From: an uncultured bacterium
GTDB lineage: Bacteria > Verrucomicrobiota > Verrucomicrobiia > Verrucomicrobiales > V1-33
Direction of reading: 5' to 3'
Assembly (NCBI GenBank): GCA_903954065.1
Contig: CAJBME010000131.1
Location: 16,906-80,905 of the forward strand
DNA length: 64,000 nucleotides
In this document: positions 16,943 to 25,635 of the stretch, piece after piece
How positions within the stretch are numbered: position 1 is the stretch's first letter
How the letters are laid out: every line of letters starts with the position of its first letter
Notes under the pieces: model-generated
Database searches by the model: none
Seen by the model: the letters and a program-made list of their open reading frames with translations, nothing else
Told to the model about the DNA's origin: nothing
Program-made: the position numbers and the translations under genes

Positions 16943-17139
16943 GGCATGTGCTCCGTTGGGACAGTCCGAGGATTACGCCCCGTTGGAACTGAGAAGGCGC
17001 GGTTCATGGCGCGACCTAACCTGTGGATTTGAGGCCGGTCACATCCATGGCACCAATTCAGGCCCACCCTCAGTGAAGGTGAAAGAGGCGTTTCGCATCG
17101 TCACCTCGGACATTGACCCTCGCTCCGCCGGTTTCGGAC

Positions 17140-18057
17140 TTACTGGGCAGGCACTTCGTCGTTGGGAGCGTCGGCCGGACGATCGGTCAGACGACGCACC
17201 ACTTCTTGGGGTTCATCCGGCTTAGATGGATCATACAACCGGCCACCGGCCACCCGGACCGCCCCGCTTTGGGCAATTTTCAATTCGGGAACGGAATTAT
17301 TTTGCGTCTCAAATACTTCCTCAGTGAGTTTTTTCCCATCCGGATCAATGACGATGTGGCGGTACATTTTCGGACCGGTGAGGAAGAAGGCGTGCAAGTT
17401 ACTATCGCCATCTAGGGTGGCTTGTGGTTCCTGCTGTAGGACGAGGCGCCCGATGGTATACGTGGCCAGAACGCGCCCGGTGCGTTCCTCGCGGATGCGC
17501 ACGTACATGGTCATTTTGTCATCCTCCTGAAAACTGAGCAGACTCATTTCGCGGTAACTGGTCGGTTCACCAGGTTTGTTGATGCCGATTTTGTCCTTCC
17601 AGAGGAGACTGCCATCGGTCACCGCGAAAGAGCGGACATTCGAGACCAGGTGCTGCCCAAATTCGGAAAAGTAAACATTGGCGCGGACCGAATAATTTCC
17701 TAAACCGCCCAGCGGATAAAACCGGCCAAGACTGATGGTTTCGCGAATACTCTCGCCGCGCCCGAGCACATGAGGCCGCAGCCGAGGGCCTCCGCCATGG
17801 GCCAAAATCGATCCTTCACCAATTCGATCGACATTGAATGACAACCAATTGCGACCACTGGCATCACCCAAAATCACATCTTTACCCGCACGATTCGCGA
17901 TCGTCACCGTCACCTGAATCGGCTCAAACGCGACAAAACGATCGCGATTCAGCTCCAAAGTGACCTGTAACTGGGCGGACGCGCGGGGAGCCGCCACGAA
18001 GATGAGTGCCATCATCAAACCGAGAACAGTAGAAAAAAATGGACGAACGCGAGACAT
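17140..18057 (-). CDS. Hypothetical secreted protein
   Basis: Signal peptide MSRVRPFFSTVLGLMMALIFVAAPRASA. No recognisable motif. Last gene of the 21402-17140 co-directional set. Confidence 0.55.
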   Translation of the reverse strand: MSRVRPFFSTVLGLMMALIFVAAPRASAQLQVTLELNRDRFVAFEPIQVTVTIANRAGKDVILGDASGRNWLSFNVDRIGEGSILAHGGGPRLRPHVLGRGESIRETISLGRFYPLGGLGNYSVRANVYFSEFGQHLVSNVRSFAVTDGSLLWKDKIGINKPGEPTSYREMSLLSFQEDDKMTMYVRIREERTGRVLATYTIGRLVLQQEPQATLDGDSNLHAFFLTGPKMYRHIVIDPDGKKLTEEVFETQNNSVPELKIAQSGAVRVAGGRLYDPSKPDEPQEVVRRLTDRPADAPNDEVPAQ

Positions 18058-18181
18058 AGCGGGTGGCGGTATTCGGAGCGGAACGCGTGAATGCTTTCCT
18101 GCTCCGCAGCAAAAATGACTTATCTTATTATGACCTTAAATGTGAAACGTGAAACATGAAACTTGGGGCCCCGGACCGGCA

Positions 18182-20251
18182 TCAGGGGGCGCGATCAGAG
18201 GCGGTCCTGAATCCGACGGTCGGGTCGCCCACCCCCGCATTCAGCGCCGGACGGCGTTGCTGCAGATCCGCCGGGCGCGCCGCGTATGATCCTCCTCGTA
18301 GCACAGGAACTTGCTGATCAAGAATATCCGGATGCAGCATGGTTGAATCAGTCCACTCGCTCACATTGCCAGCCATGCCGACGACTCCATACGGACTGAT
18401 GTCCGTCGTGGTAAAAGCATCCACCGGAGCCCAACTCGCATAACCATCTTTGCGCCCAAGATCAGGCCCGCTATCGACATCAGCCCCCGTATTGGCGCTC
18501 GGCGCATCGGGATGGCTCCCCCATGGATACAACCGACCGTCCGTCGAGCGCGCCGCTTTCTCCCATTCCATCTCGGTCGGCAGTCGCTGCCCCCGCCACG
18601 CGGCGTAAGCCCATGCGTCCCAATAATCCACATCCGTGACCGGACAGTTCACATCCACAGCCTGACCGCGCCAGACGCCACCCTTGCGGGCCGTAGCCAA
18701 CAGTTCATCCCACGCCGGCGGACGGTGAGTGGATTTGGTGGCTGGCTGCCGCGGATGATCATAACGATGTCCTGACGAGCTGGCCAAATGCTCGAGAAAT
18801 CGAGCGTATTGCGCGATGGAGACTTCGTATTTCGATATCCAGAAAGTGGGCAATTCGCGCATTTCTCCGCCTTGGTAGATGAAGGAACCACCGGGAATCC
18901 GGACCATTTCGTCGAGCAGCCGCGGTTGGGGCGCGCGCCAGTAAGGAATCATGTGGAACAGCATCCAGCCGCCGAGCGCTGCGACCGTGGCGAAGGAGGC
19001 CTGTATCCACCGGCGTTTGGCCTGCTGGCGCCGCTCCAGCGGGCGAGATCCTGTCGAGAGCCGTCTTGTCTTGGAGGGTCGGGCCTCGGCTAGCTGGCGC
19101 CTGGCCTCGACGACGAAAGGCATCAATTCGGCCCAGGTTCTGAGGCCGCGGCCGGAGACGTCACGCACCCGGGCCATGATTTCCTGAAATTCTGGGGCCG
19201 GACGGGCCGGATCAAGAATCTGTTGAGCGGCTCCGAACAGGGCGAGCATTTCCGCGCTCGGATCGAGAAACGGCGAGGCCGTGCCCATGGCGATATTGAT
19301 GACCCGGGGCAATTCATCAGGCCCGAGGATGACATCGCCCGGAGTCAGGGCGCGCCGCGCCAGACCATGATCTTCAAACCACAACACAGCCTCGGCGGCC
19401 GCCTGCATCAGATTCAGTACCGATTCCTGAGGCAGTCGCTGACGACGCGACCGCAGCTGATCCACACTGCGGCCCTGAACCCACTCACGCGTATAAAAAA
19501 TCCTTCCATCCTGCTCCTGCGCCTCGTAGACCGCCGCAATTTGCGGGTGCACCACCGCGGCTTGCGCCCGCACCAGCGAGCGAAAAGCCTGCGCCGACGG
19601 AGGATGACTGGCCGCCGCCGTACGCAGTCGCTCCAACAAAACCACCCGATTGACCGACCTCTGCAACGCCCGGTAGGTGACCGTTTCGTCGTTCGTGCTC
19701 AACACTTCCAATAATTCATAATCACCCAGGAGCGGCGCCGTCGAGGCCCCTTCCCGCGTCGGACCGCCCGCCGTCTGATCCCCGCGCTCAGCGACAGCCG
19801 CAGCCACCGCTGGTGCGCCAAAGCCTGCCGATTCAGGAGGAGGAGCGAAACGAGGCGGGAGCGCGACCGCCGCCGGCGCCGCCAGCGGCACATCCGAAGG
19901 AACCTTCCGCTCCGCAGACAACGCCGTCACCCACCCAACCACCGCCTCTATCGGCAGCGGCACCGCCGGTAACAACAACTCGCCAGGCAACCGCCCAGCC
20001 CAAGCACCCAAATCTCCTTCAGCTAAAAACACCGCCCGCACCGGACCGACCGCCGCCCGCCACTCCCCCACCATGGAGGCATGTCCAGCCGTCGTGATCA
20101 CAAGTTCAACCGAAGCCCCGGCCGTTTCTTGCCAAGATCGGGCCTCGGAAATACCGCCAGCCACCAAACACGGCCCGAATCCGGCCCGGCCGAGCGCTTG
20201 ACGCAGCTCCTGCCGAACACCCGCATCATCATGGACGATTAGGATGACCAT
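18182..20251 (-). CDS. Pseudo-receiver / Ser-Thr pseudokinase / TM / FGE-sulfatase (SUMF1-like) domain protein
   Basis: The N-terminus MVILIVHDDAGVRQEL.. is receiver-like, but VELVITT sits where the phospho-Asp is expected. The kinase-like region lacks a Gly-loop, has VVLLE in place of VAIK, ARRALTPGD in place of HRDLKPxN and NIA in place of DFG. One TM helix (WIQASFATVAALGGWMLFHMIPYW). C-terminal FGE-sulfatase blocks: MVRIPGGSF, RLPTEMEWEKAAR, GNVSEW, LRGGSY. Confidence 0.75.
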   Translation of the reverse strand: MVILIVHDDAGVRQELRQALGRAGFGPCLVAGGISEARSWQETAGASVELVITTAGHASMVGEWRAAVGPVRAVFLAEGDLGAWAGRLPGELLLPAVPLPIEAVVGWVTALSAERKVPSDVPLAAPAAVALPPRFAPPPESAGFGAPAVAAAVAERGDQTAGGPTREGASTAPLLGDYELLEVLSTNDETVTYRALQRSVNRVVLLERLRTAAASHPPSAQAFRSLVRAQAAVVHPQIAAVYEAQEQDGRIFYTREWVQGRSVDQLRSRRQRLPQESVLNLMQAAAEAVLWFEDHGLARRALTPGDVILGPDELPRVINIAMGTASPFLDPSAEMLALFGAAQQILDPARPAPEFQEIMARVRDVSGRGLRTWAELMPFVVEARRQLAEARPSKTRRLSTGSRPLERRQQAKRRWIQASFATVAALGGWMLFHMIPYWRAPQPRLLDEMVRIPGGSFIYQGGEMRELPTFWISKYEVSIAQYARFLEHLASSSGHRYDHPRQPATKSTHRPPAWDELLATARKGGVWRGQAVDVNCPVTDVDYWDAWAYAAWRGQRLPTEMEWEKAARSTDGRLYPWGSHPDAPSANTGADVDSGPDLGRKDGYASWAPVDAFTTTDISPYGVVGMAGNVSEWTDSTMLHPDILDQQVPVLRGGSYAARPADLQQRRPALNAGVGDPTVGFRTASDRAP

Positions 20252-20280
20252 GGAGGACTTTTTAAAGCATCGCGAGGCCG

Positions 20281-21402
20281 CTACTGCGGAAGCGGGGGGA
20301 ACAGGGAGTCATCCACTTGACTCCCGGGGGGAGGACGCGTGTCCAGCCGCTCCACCGGCTGCTGCAGCCCGCGCTCACCAGGTTCAGCCCGACGACTGGC
20401 CAGCTGGGCCGGCTTGGCGAGAACATCCTGCAAGTGATCGTTATAATACAATTTCACGACATAGCCGTGATACCGCCGCCCACCGTCCGGAGCTGGCGGA
20501 AAACTGGCCACCCGGCGATACGGTTGATCCAAAAATTCCACGGTGTTCGTCGTCCAGCTAGGAAACTCGCCGGCCAGCCAACGGTAGTTGTCCGTCACCG
20601 CATCCGTTTCCACGATTTCTCCATCGACCTCATCATAAAACTGGGTCACGACGGAGACACGGCCCGGATCAATGACCGCCCCTTCCAAAGCCTGCACCGG
20701 AATGCGCAGCGTCAACGCCTCCACCTCCCCGGTGGCTGACTGCGAACGCTCCAAAATCTTGCCCAAGCGCAAAGGAGTTTCCACTTCCCGCGGCGGCCGC
20801 GCCTCACCTTGCTCGAACCGAGCCTGCGCCATCTTAAAATAAATCCCGGCACCTTCGCCCAAGGCAAAAAGTTGATCCCACACCGGGGAGGCTTTGGCCG
20901 GAAGAGACATTTTCTCGTAAGTGGAGGCCAGCTCATAGAGCAGTCGCGGATGGGCAGGCTGCAAATCCACCGCGGCCCGCAACTGCGTCAGCGCAGCCTT
21001 CATGTCACCGCGTTCACGACTGGCCAGCGCACTCTCAAGAAAAAAGAGAACCCGCTCATCGGTCAGAGGAAAAGCCTCGGCCGGCGCGGCCACCACAGCG
21101 ACTGGCGCGGCCACTGAAGCCACTGGCGCGGCGGAGATCGCTTCGGCGACGGCGGGCGGAGCGGTCACCAGCTCGGCGGCGGCCGGAGCCGGGGTCTCGA
21201 CTGGCGCGACGAGCGCCGCGGACGGAGGAGCAGCGGACGTTACGGCCGCGGCTGCGGCCGCCCGGGAGGACGAGCCGTGTTTACGATGCAACGCCCATCC
21301 AATGGCGCCCAGCTGACCGACCAGCAGCGCCCCCAGCAGCCAAACGGCCAGATTCAAGGCTATGCGTCCCCTCCGTGGGGCTGGTAGCAGCGGATGAGTC
21401 AT
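20281..21402 (-). CDS. Membrane-anchored protein with Ala/Pro-rich linker and TPR-like helical region
   Basis: Start trimmed to ATG 21402 (MTHPLLPAPRRGRIALNLAVWLLGALLVGQLGAIGWAL). The TPR-like segment is GDMKAALTQLRAAVDLQPAHPRLLYELASTYEKM. Ends 29 nt before the next gene start. Confidence 0.5.
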   Translation of the reverse strand: MTHPLLPAPRRGRIALNLAVWLLGALLVGQLGAIGWALHRKHGSSSRAAAAAAVTSAAPPSAALVAPVETPAPAAAELVTAPPAVAEAISAAPVASVAAPVAVVAAPAEAFPLTDERVLFFLESALASRERGDMKAALTQLRAAVDLQPAHPRLLYELASTYEKMSLPAKASPVWDQLFALGEGAGIYFKMAQARFEQGEARPPREVETPLRLGKILERSQSATGEVEALTLRIPVQALEGAVIDPGRVSVVTQFYDEVDGEIVETDAVTDNYRWLAGEFPSWTTNTVEFLDQPYRRVASFPPAPDGGRRYHGYVVKLYYNDHLQDVLAKPAQLASRRAEPGERGLQQPVERLDTRPPPGSQVDDSLFPPLPQ

Positions 21403-21455
21403 ACAGAAAAATCGGACATAGGACGCGGTGGTCAGACTAGGGAATAGCCCGAGAC

Positions 21456-22796
21456 GTGTCAACGCCACGCACAAGGTTTTTGGCGGCTCGGGCTGGACAG
21501 CCGGGCAGGCAGTGGTTGGGTAAGGCCTCTGTGATTTCAGCGCTCACCCCAACCCGTCTGCGCCCGTGTCCCCTTCGTCTGTCCCCGCTGGAGGTCGCCC
21601 GGGGACTGCGTGCGCGGCCGGGTTTCGTCTGGTTTGATTCTTCGGATGAGGCGGCCGGCAGTATTTCCGTAATAACGTGCGACCCGACGCAGATTCTACG
21701 CGGAGCCCGCGACGGAAGCAGCGTGCTTCGCGAGGCCTTGGCCGATTTGCGGGCTCAGGGTGGAACGATCGGCCCGCGGCTCGATCTTGGACTACCGGGA
21801 CCGGGATTGTTCGGCACGGTTGATTTTGACGGAAGCTGGTGTTTTGGCGTCTATCCTGAAGTCCTAGTCTACCGACATGCCACCGACCAGTGGTGGGAAA
21901 GCGGGGGACTGAGCACACGGATCGATGCCTCCCTCACCGCCGGCCTAGTCGGTACCCGGCCCACCTTGACCCTGAACCCCCTCTGGTCCCGCGATGGTTT
22001 TTTAAATGCCGTCAACCGGGCCCTCGAGTATATAGGAGCTGGTGACATTTATCAGGTCAATCTGGCACAACCGTGGGCCAGCCCATGGCCGCACGGCGGT
22101 GATGCGTTTCATTTTTATGAAAAGCTTCGGGCTTTTTCGCCAGCTCCGTACAGTGCCTTTCTCGACCTCGGTGGGCGTCAAGTCGCCTCCGCGTCACCAG
22201 AACTCTTTTTGCGAATGAGCGGCCGCACAATCCGCACCCGTCCGATCAAAGGAACCCGCCCGCGCCACCGCCTCGCCCAGGAGGACGAACGCGCCGCTTA
22301 CGATTTGATCACCTCGCCCAAGGAAATCGCTGAGTTGATCATGATCACAGACTTGGAGCGCAATGATTTGGGCCAGATTTGCGACTTTGGAACGGTCACC
22401 GTCCCGGATCTGCTGCGTTTAGAACGATTTCAGCAGGTTTTTCACCTTGTTTCCACCGTGGAAGGCACCCTGCGCCACGAGGTCGACCATGTGGACGCCC
22501 TGTGGGCGTGCCTCCCCGGGGGCTCGATCAGTGGCGCTCCCAAAAAACGCGCCTTGGAAATCATTAACGAGCTCGAGCCATTTCCCCGTGGACTGTACAC
22601 CGGCGTCATCGGGTGGCTCGGCGCCGGTGGCGAAAGCCAGTTCAATATTGCCATCCGCACCGCTATCGCCGACGCCGACCGCTTCCACTTTCACGCCGGC
22701 GCCGGCATCGTCGCTGATTCAGTGCCCGAAAAAGAATACGACGAAACATGGCACAAGGCCGCCTCACTGCTCGGGGCCGTCACCTGGAATCGATAA
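21456..22796 (+). CDS. pabB: Chorismate-utilising enzyme, aminodeoxychorismate synthase component I-like
   Basis: ELFLRMSGRTIRTRPIKGTRPR, MITDLERNDLG, PGGSISGAPKKRALEIINELEPFPRGLYTGVIGW. The start is uncertain and the N-terminus may be shorter. Confidence 0.75.
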   Translation: MSTPRTRFLAARAGQPGRQWLGKASVISALTPTRLRPCPLRLSPLEVARGLRARPGFVWFDSSDEAAGSISVITCDPTQILRGARDGSSVLREALADLRAQGGTIGPRLDLGLPGPGLFGTVDFDGSWCFGVYPEVLVYRHATDQWWESGGLSTRIDASLTAGLVGTRPTLTLNPLWSRDGFLNAVNRALEYIGAGDIYQVNLAQPWASPWPHGGDAFHFYEKLRAFSPAPYSAFLDLGGRQVASASPELFLRMSGRTIRTRPIKGTRPRHRLAQEDERAAYDLITSPKEIAELIMITDLERNDLGQICDFGTVTVPDLLRLERFQQVFHLVSTVEGTLRHEVDHVDALWACLPGGSISGAPKKRALEIINELEPFPRGLYTGVIGWLGAGGESQFNIAIRTAIADADRFHFHAGAGIVADSVPEKEYDETWHKAASLLGAVTWNR

Positions 22797-22867
22797 ACTT
22801 CCGCCACCGGATATCACCTGCTGAAGGATGCTCCAGACGAGGGACTCGTTTTGTGCTAGAATACCCC

Positions 22868-24019
22868 ATGGTTTCAGCCTCGATTCCCCCACTTTCAGCC
22901 ACTGCGTCGAATTCAGTCGAAGCGCCCGGACCACCGGCCCAGCGTGTCGGCCTGACGGGTTTGACGCTGGAGGAGCTGACGGAAGTTCTGGTCGGCTGGG
23001 GTCAGCCGAAATTCCGAGCGGCTCAGATCATGGAATGGGTCTTCCGCAAGCGCGTGCTGGACTGGGCACACATGACAAACCTGTCCGCCGCCCTGCGCCA
23101 ACGACTCGCTGAATCATTCTCCCTGCGTTCGCTGCAAGCAGTGCGCACGCAGGGAGCGCGCGACACGACTCGGAAATTCCTCTTCAAGCTGGCCGATGGC
23201 CGGTTCATCGAGTCCGTCGTCATCCCAGCCAACCCCGCTTTGTATGGAGAAACTTCCGACCGCCACACCCTCTGCGTCTCCACCCAAGTCGGTTGCGCCA
23301 TGGAGTGCAAGTTCTGCGCCAGCGGCCTGAACGGGCTGACGCGCAACTTGCAGCCAGCGGAAATTGTCGAACAAATCCTCCAAGCCGAAGCCATCACCGG
23401 CGAGAGGATGGATAATCTTGTCTTCATGGGCATGGGCGAGCCGCTGGCGAATTACCGGCATCTCATGACCGCGCTGACCATTCTCAATGCTCCATGGGGC
23501 GTGGGTATCGGAGCCCGCCATATCACCCTCTCAACCAGCGGATTAGTCCCACAAATAAGGCGCCTAGCCGAAGAAAAACTCCCGGTGCGCCTGGCCGTCT
23601 CACTGCACGGCGCCACCGATGCCGTGCGGGAAAGGATCATGCCCGTCAATCGCAAATACCCGCTCAACACCCTGATCCCAGCCCTGCAAGCGTATTGCGC
23701 CGCAAAACGCCAAATCATTACCCTCGAGTATATCCTGATCGAAAACGTCAACGACTCGCTGGAACAGGCAGCTCACCTCGCCCGCATCGCCCGCAACCTC
23801 CGAGCCAAGGTGAATTTGATTCCCTACAATACCGTGGAAGGACTGCCGTGGTCACGCCCGACGGAACCCCAGCAGGACGCCTTTGCCGATATCCTTCGCA
23901 GCCAGTCCGTCACCACCACCCTGCGGCGTGAGAAAGGTCACGATATCGAAGCCGCTTGCGGCCAGCTGCGCCTTCAGCAGGAAGCAGAAGACGCCGCCAC
24001 GCCACCAGTGGAAGCCTAA
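22868..24019 (+). CDS. rlmN: 23S rRNA/tRNA (adenine-C2)-methyltransferase, radical SAM
   Basis: Radical-SAM cluster CVSTQVGCAMECKFCASG, then MGMGEPLANY and the C-terminal ACGQL. Start trimmed from 22748 to ATG 22868. Confidence 0.9.
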   Translation: MVSASIPPLSATASNSVEAPGPPAQRVGLTGLTLEELTEVLVGWGQPKFRAAQIMEWVFRKRVLDWAHMTNLSAALRQRLAESFSLRSLQAVRTQGARDTTRKFLFKLADGRFIESVVIPANPALYGETSDRHTLCVSTQVGCAMECKFCASGLNGLTRNLQPAEIVEQILQAEAITGERMDNLVFMGMGEPLANYRHLMTALTILNAPWGVGIGARHITLSTSGLVPQIRRLAEEKLPVRLAVSLHGATDAVRERIMPVNRKYPLNTLIPALQAYCAAKRQIITLEYILIENVNDSLEQAAHLARIARNLRAKVNLIPYNTVEGLPWSRPTEPQQDAFADILRSQSVTTTLRREKGHDIEAACGQLRLQQEAEDAATPPVEA

Positions 24020-24060
24020 ACCTCCACTGTGGCTCGCGGGTTCGCGCGTCCACCCCGCAC

Positions 24061-24903
24061 TCAACTCCCAGCCGGGGGCACCGCACTCTGCGTCTCGTAC
24101 CGGAAATCAGTCTCCAAACTGTACGGAACACGCCGACCATCAGACAGGTCACGCTGGCCATGCAACACCAGCCTTCCCTGCAGCATCAACCCCTGTTTGG
24201 CCTCGCCGCCGGTGGTCACAACCGCCGTCCCCTTGGCTTCTAATTCAACCGAGAGCTGCGATGAGCCCTCCCCAGAGAGGAATGCTGCTTTGACCTCGAC
24301 CGTAAATGGATCGTCCGCCCCAGCGACCGCTCCAGACTTTTGAACCTTCGCCTCACCACTGACTTCACTCAACTGGGTGTACCCAAGAAAAGTCAGAAGT
24401 TTTTGCAGATCCAAAGTGCCCGCTCCCTCTGGCCCCCACGTGATAGCCGCCAGCGGCGAAGCCCCGGGTTGATAACGGGCCACCAAACGGCGCGCCTCCT
24501 TCATCTCATCCTCAGTCAATTCCGGACGACCAGGCACTTCAAACTCCCAGGTCTCTCCCTGCTGCTTCGCCTGGACCGTCGATCCAGTCAGCGGTTTCGG
24601 CAACGTCTCAATCAAGGGCGCTTCCTCAGGAATCGAGAGAATCCGGCGCGTCTGGGAAGCCACCAACTCGAGCGAAAAATGTCGCTCATCCACAGTTTTT
24701 TGGAGGATCTCCCGCGACTCTTGGGACTCAAGACTGTATTTCTTGGGCACCAATCCGAAAATACTCGTATACGACCCATTCTCAAACTTCAGAGAACTGA
24801 CGTGACGCCGCGCGGCCGCGGATGAGGCCGATGGAGACTCGGCGAGCGACACCGCTCCGCTGCCCCACAAGACACTTAGAATTAGAAAAACGAGATACCT
24901 CAT
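24061..24903 (-). CDS. Hypothetical secreted protein
   Basis: Start trimmed to ATG 24903 (signal peptide MRYLVFLILSVLWGSGAVSLA). A terminator sits immediately upstream, so this is probably its own transcription unit. Confidence 0.5.
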   Translation of the reverse strand: MRYLVFLILSVLWGSGAVSLAESPSASSAAARRHVSSLKFENGSYTSIFGLVPKKYSLESQESREILQKTVDERHFSLELVASQTRRILSIPEEAPLIETLPKPLTGSTVQAKQQGETWEFEVPGRPELTEDEMKEARRLVARYQPGASPLAAITWGPEGAGTLDLQKLLTFLGYTQLSEVSGEAKVQKSGAVAGADDPFTVEVKAAFLSGEGSSQLSVELEAKGTAVVTTGGEAKQGLMLQGRLVLHGQRDLSDGRRVPYSLETDFRYETQSAVPPAGS

Positions 24904-24943
24904 ACAAAAAAACAAAAAAAAGCCACCCACTTGCGTGGGTGGC
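24904..24943 (-). terminator. Intrinsic terminator downstream of the PEP-CTERM gene
   Basis: Minus strand reads gccacccac-gcaa-gtgggtggc followed by ttttttttgttttttt. Stem at 24922-24943, T-run at 24904-24921. Confidence 0.65.
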
Positions 24944-24961
24944 TCTTCGAAAGAATAACAA

Positions 24962-25591
24962 TTAAGCGCGACGGCGGCGGGCCACGAGAGCCAAGCTGGC
25001 GAAGAGCAGCGAGACTGACATTGGCTCAGGAATCGCCTTCAGGCTGAGTGAAGGAGCGGCACCGAGGGCAGTCGTGATGCTTGGGCCACCGAGGGAGCCG
25101 AAGAGCACGCTCGAACCAGCCAAGCCGATGTCAGCCGTGCCGGCGAACACTGGAGCGTCAGCAGCGAAAGCGACACCGTGCTTCACAATGGCGAACTGAT
25201 CGGATGTACCGAGAGCCGCATTGTTGCCGATCAAGGTGTAGATCGACTGACCCACGAGTGGGCTGTTGCCGGCGATAGGCACCGACTTGTCCGCTTGATA
25301 CAGACCGTCGACATCGTTACCGATGGCGTTGGTTGCACCGAAGGTGACGAAAGCAGCGAGAAGCGCATCGCGGCCCGCTGGGGATGTCAGACCAGCGATC
25401 AGCGCCGTTGGATCTGAAGTCCAGGTTCCGATTTGCACCGAACCGCCTTTCAGCAGAGCAGCACCGCTGTTCAGCGAGATTGGCAGCTGGGAGCCGCTAT
25501 CTTCGTTGTAGTTGGTGACGAGGACGTTACCAGCTTGGAGTTGAAGACCGCCGAGCAAAGCGAGGACGGCTCCGAGGAGTAGTTTTTTCAT
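24962..25591 (-). CDS. PEP-CTERM sorting-domain secreted protein
   Basis: N-terminal signal peptide MKKLLLGAVLALLGGLQLQA. The C-terminus IPEPMSVSLLFASLALVARRRRA shows PEP motif, TM helix and basic tail. Confidence 0.85.
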   Translation of the reverse strand: MKKLLLGAVLALLGGLQLQAGNVLVTNYNEDSGSQLPISLNSGAALLKGGSVQIGTWTSDPTALIAGLTSPAGRDALLAAFVTFGATNAIGNDVDGLYQADKSVPIAGNSPLVGQSIYTLIGNNAALGTSDQFAIVKHGVAFAADAPVFAGTADIGLAGSSVLFGSLGGPSITTALGAAPSLSLKAIPEPMSVSLLFASLALVARRRRA

Positions 25592-25635
25592 GAGTTATAG
25601 TGGATTGAGGTTGAACTATTTCTTGGCTAGACGGA

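Noticed and set aside
14119-17140. A search for island boundaries: a direct repeat of the tRNA-Ser 3' end, or an integrase or transposase.
   Set aside because: None was seen by eye, so the region is reported only as a small eroded accessory islet and not as a defined mobile element.
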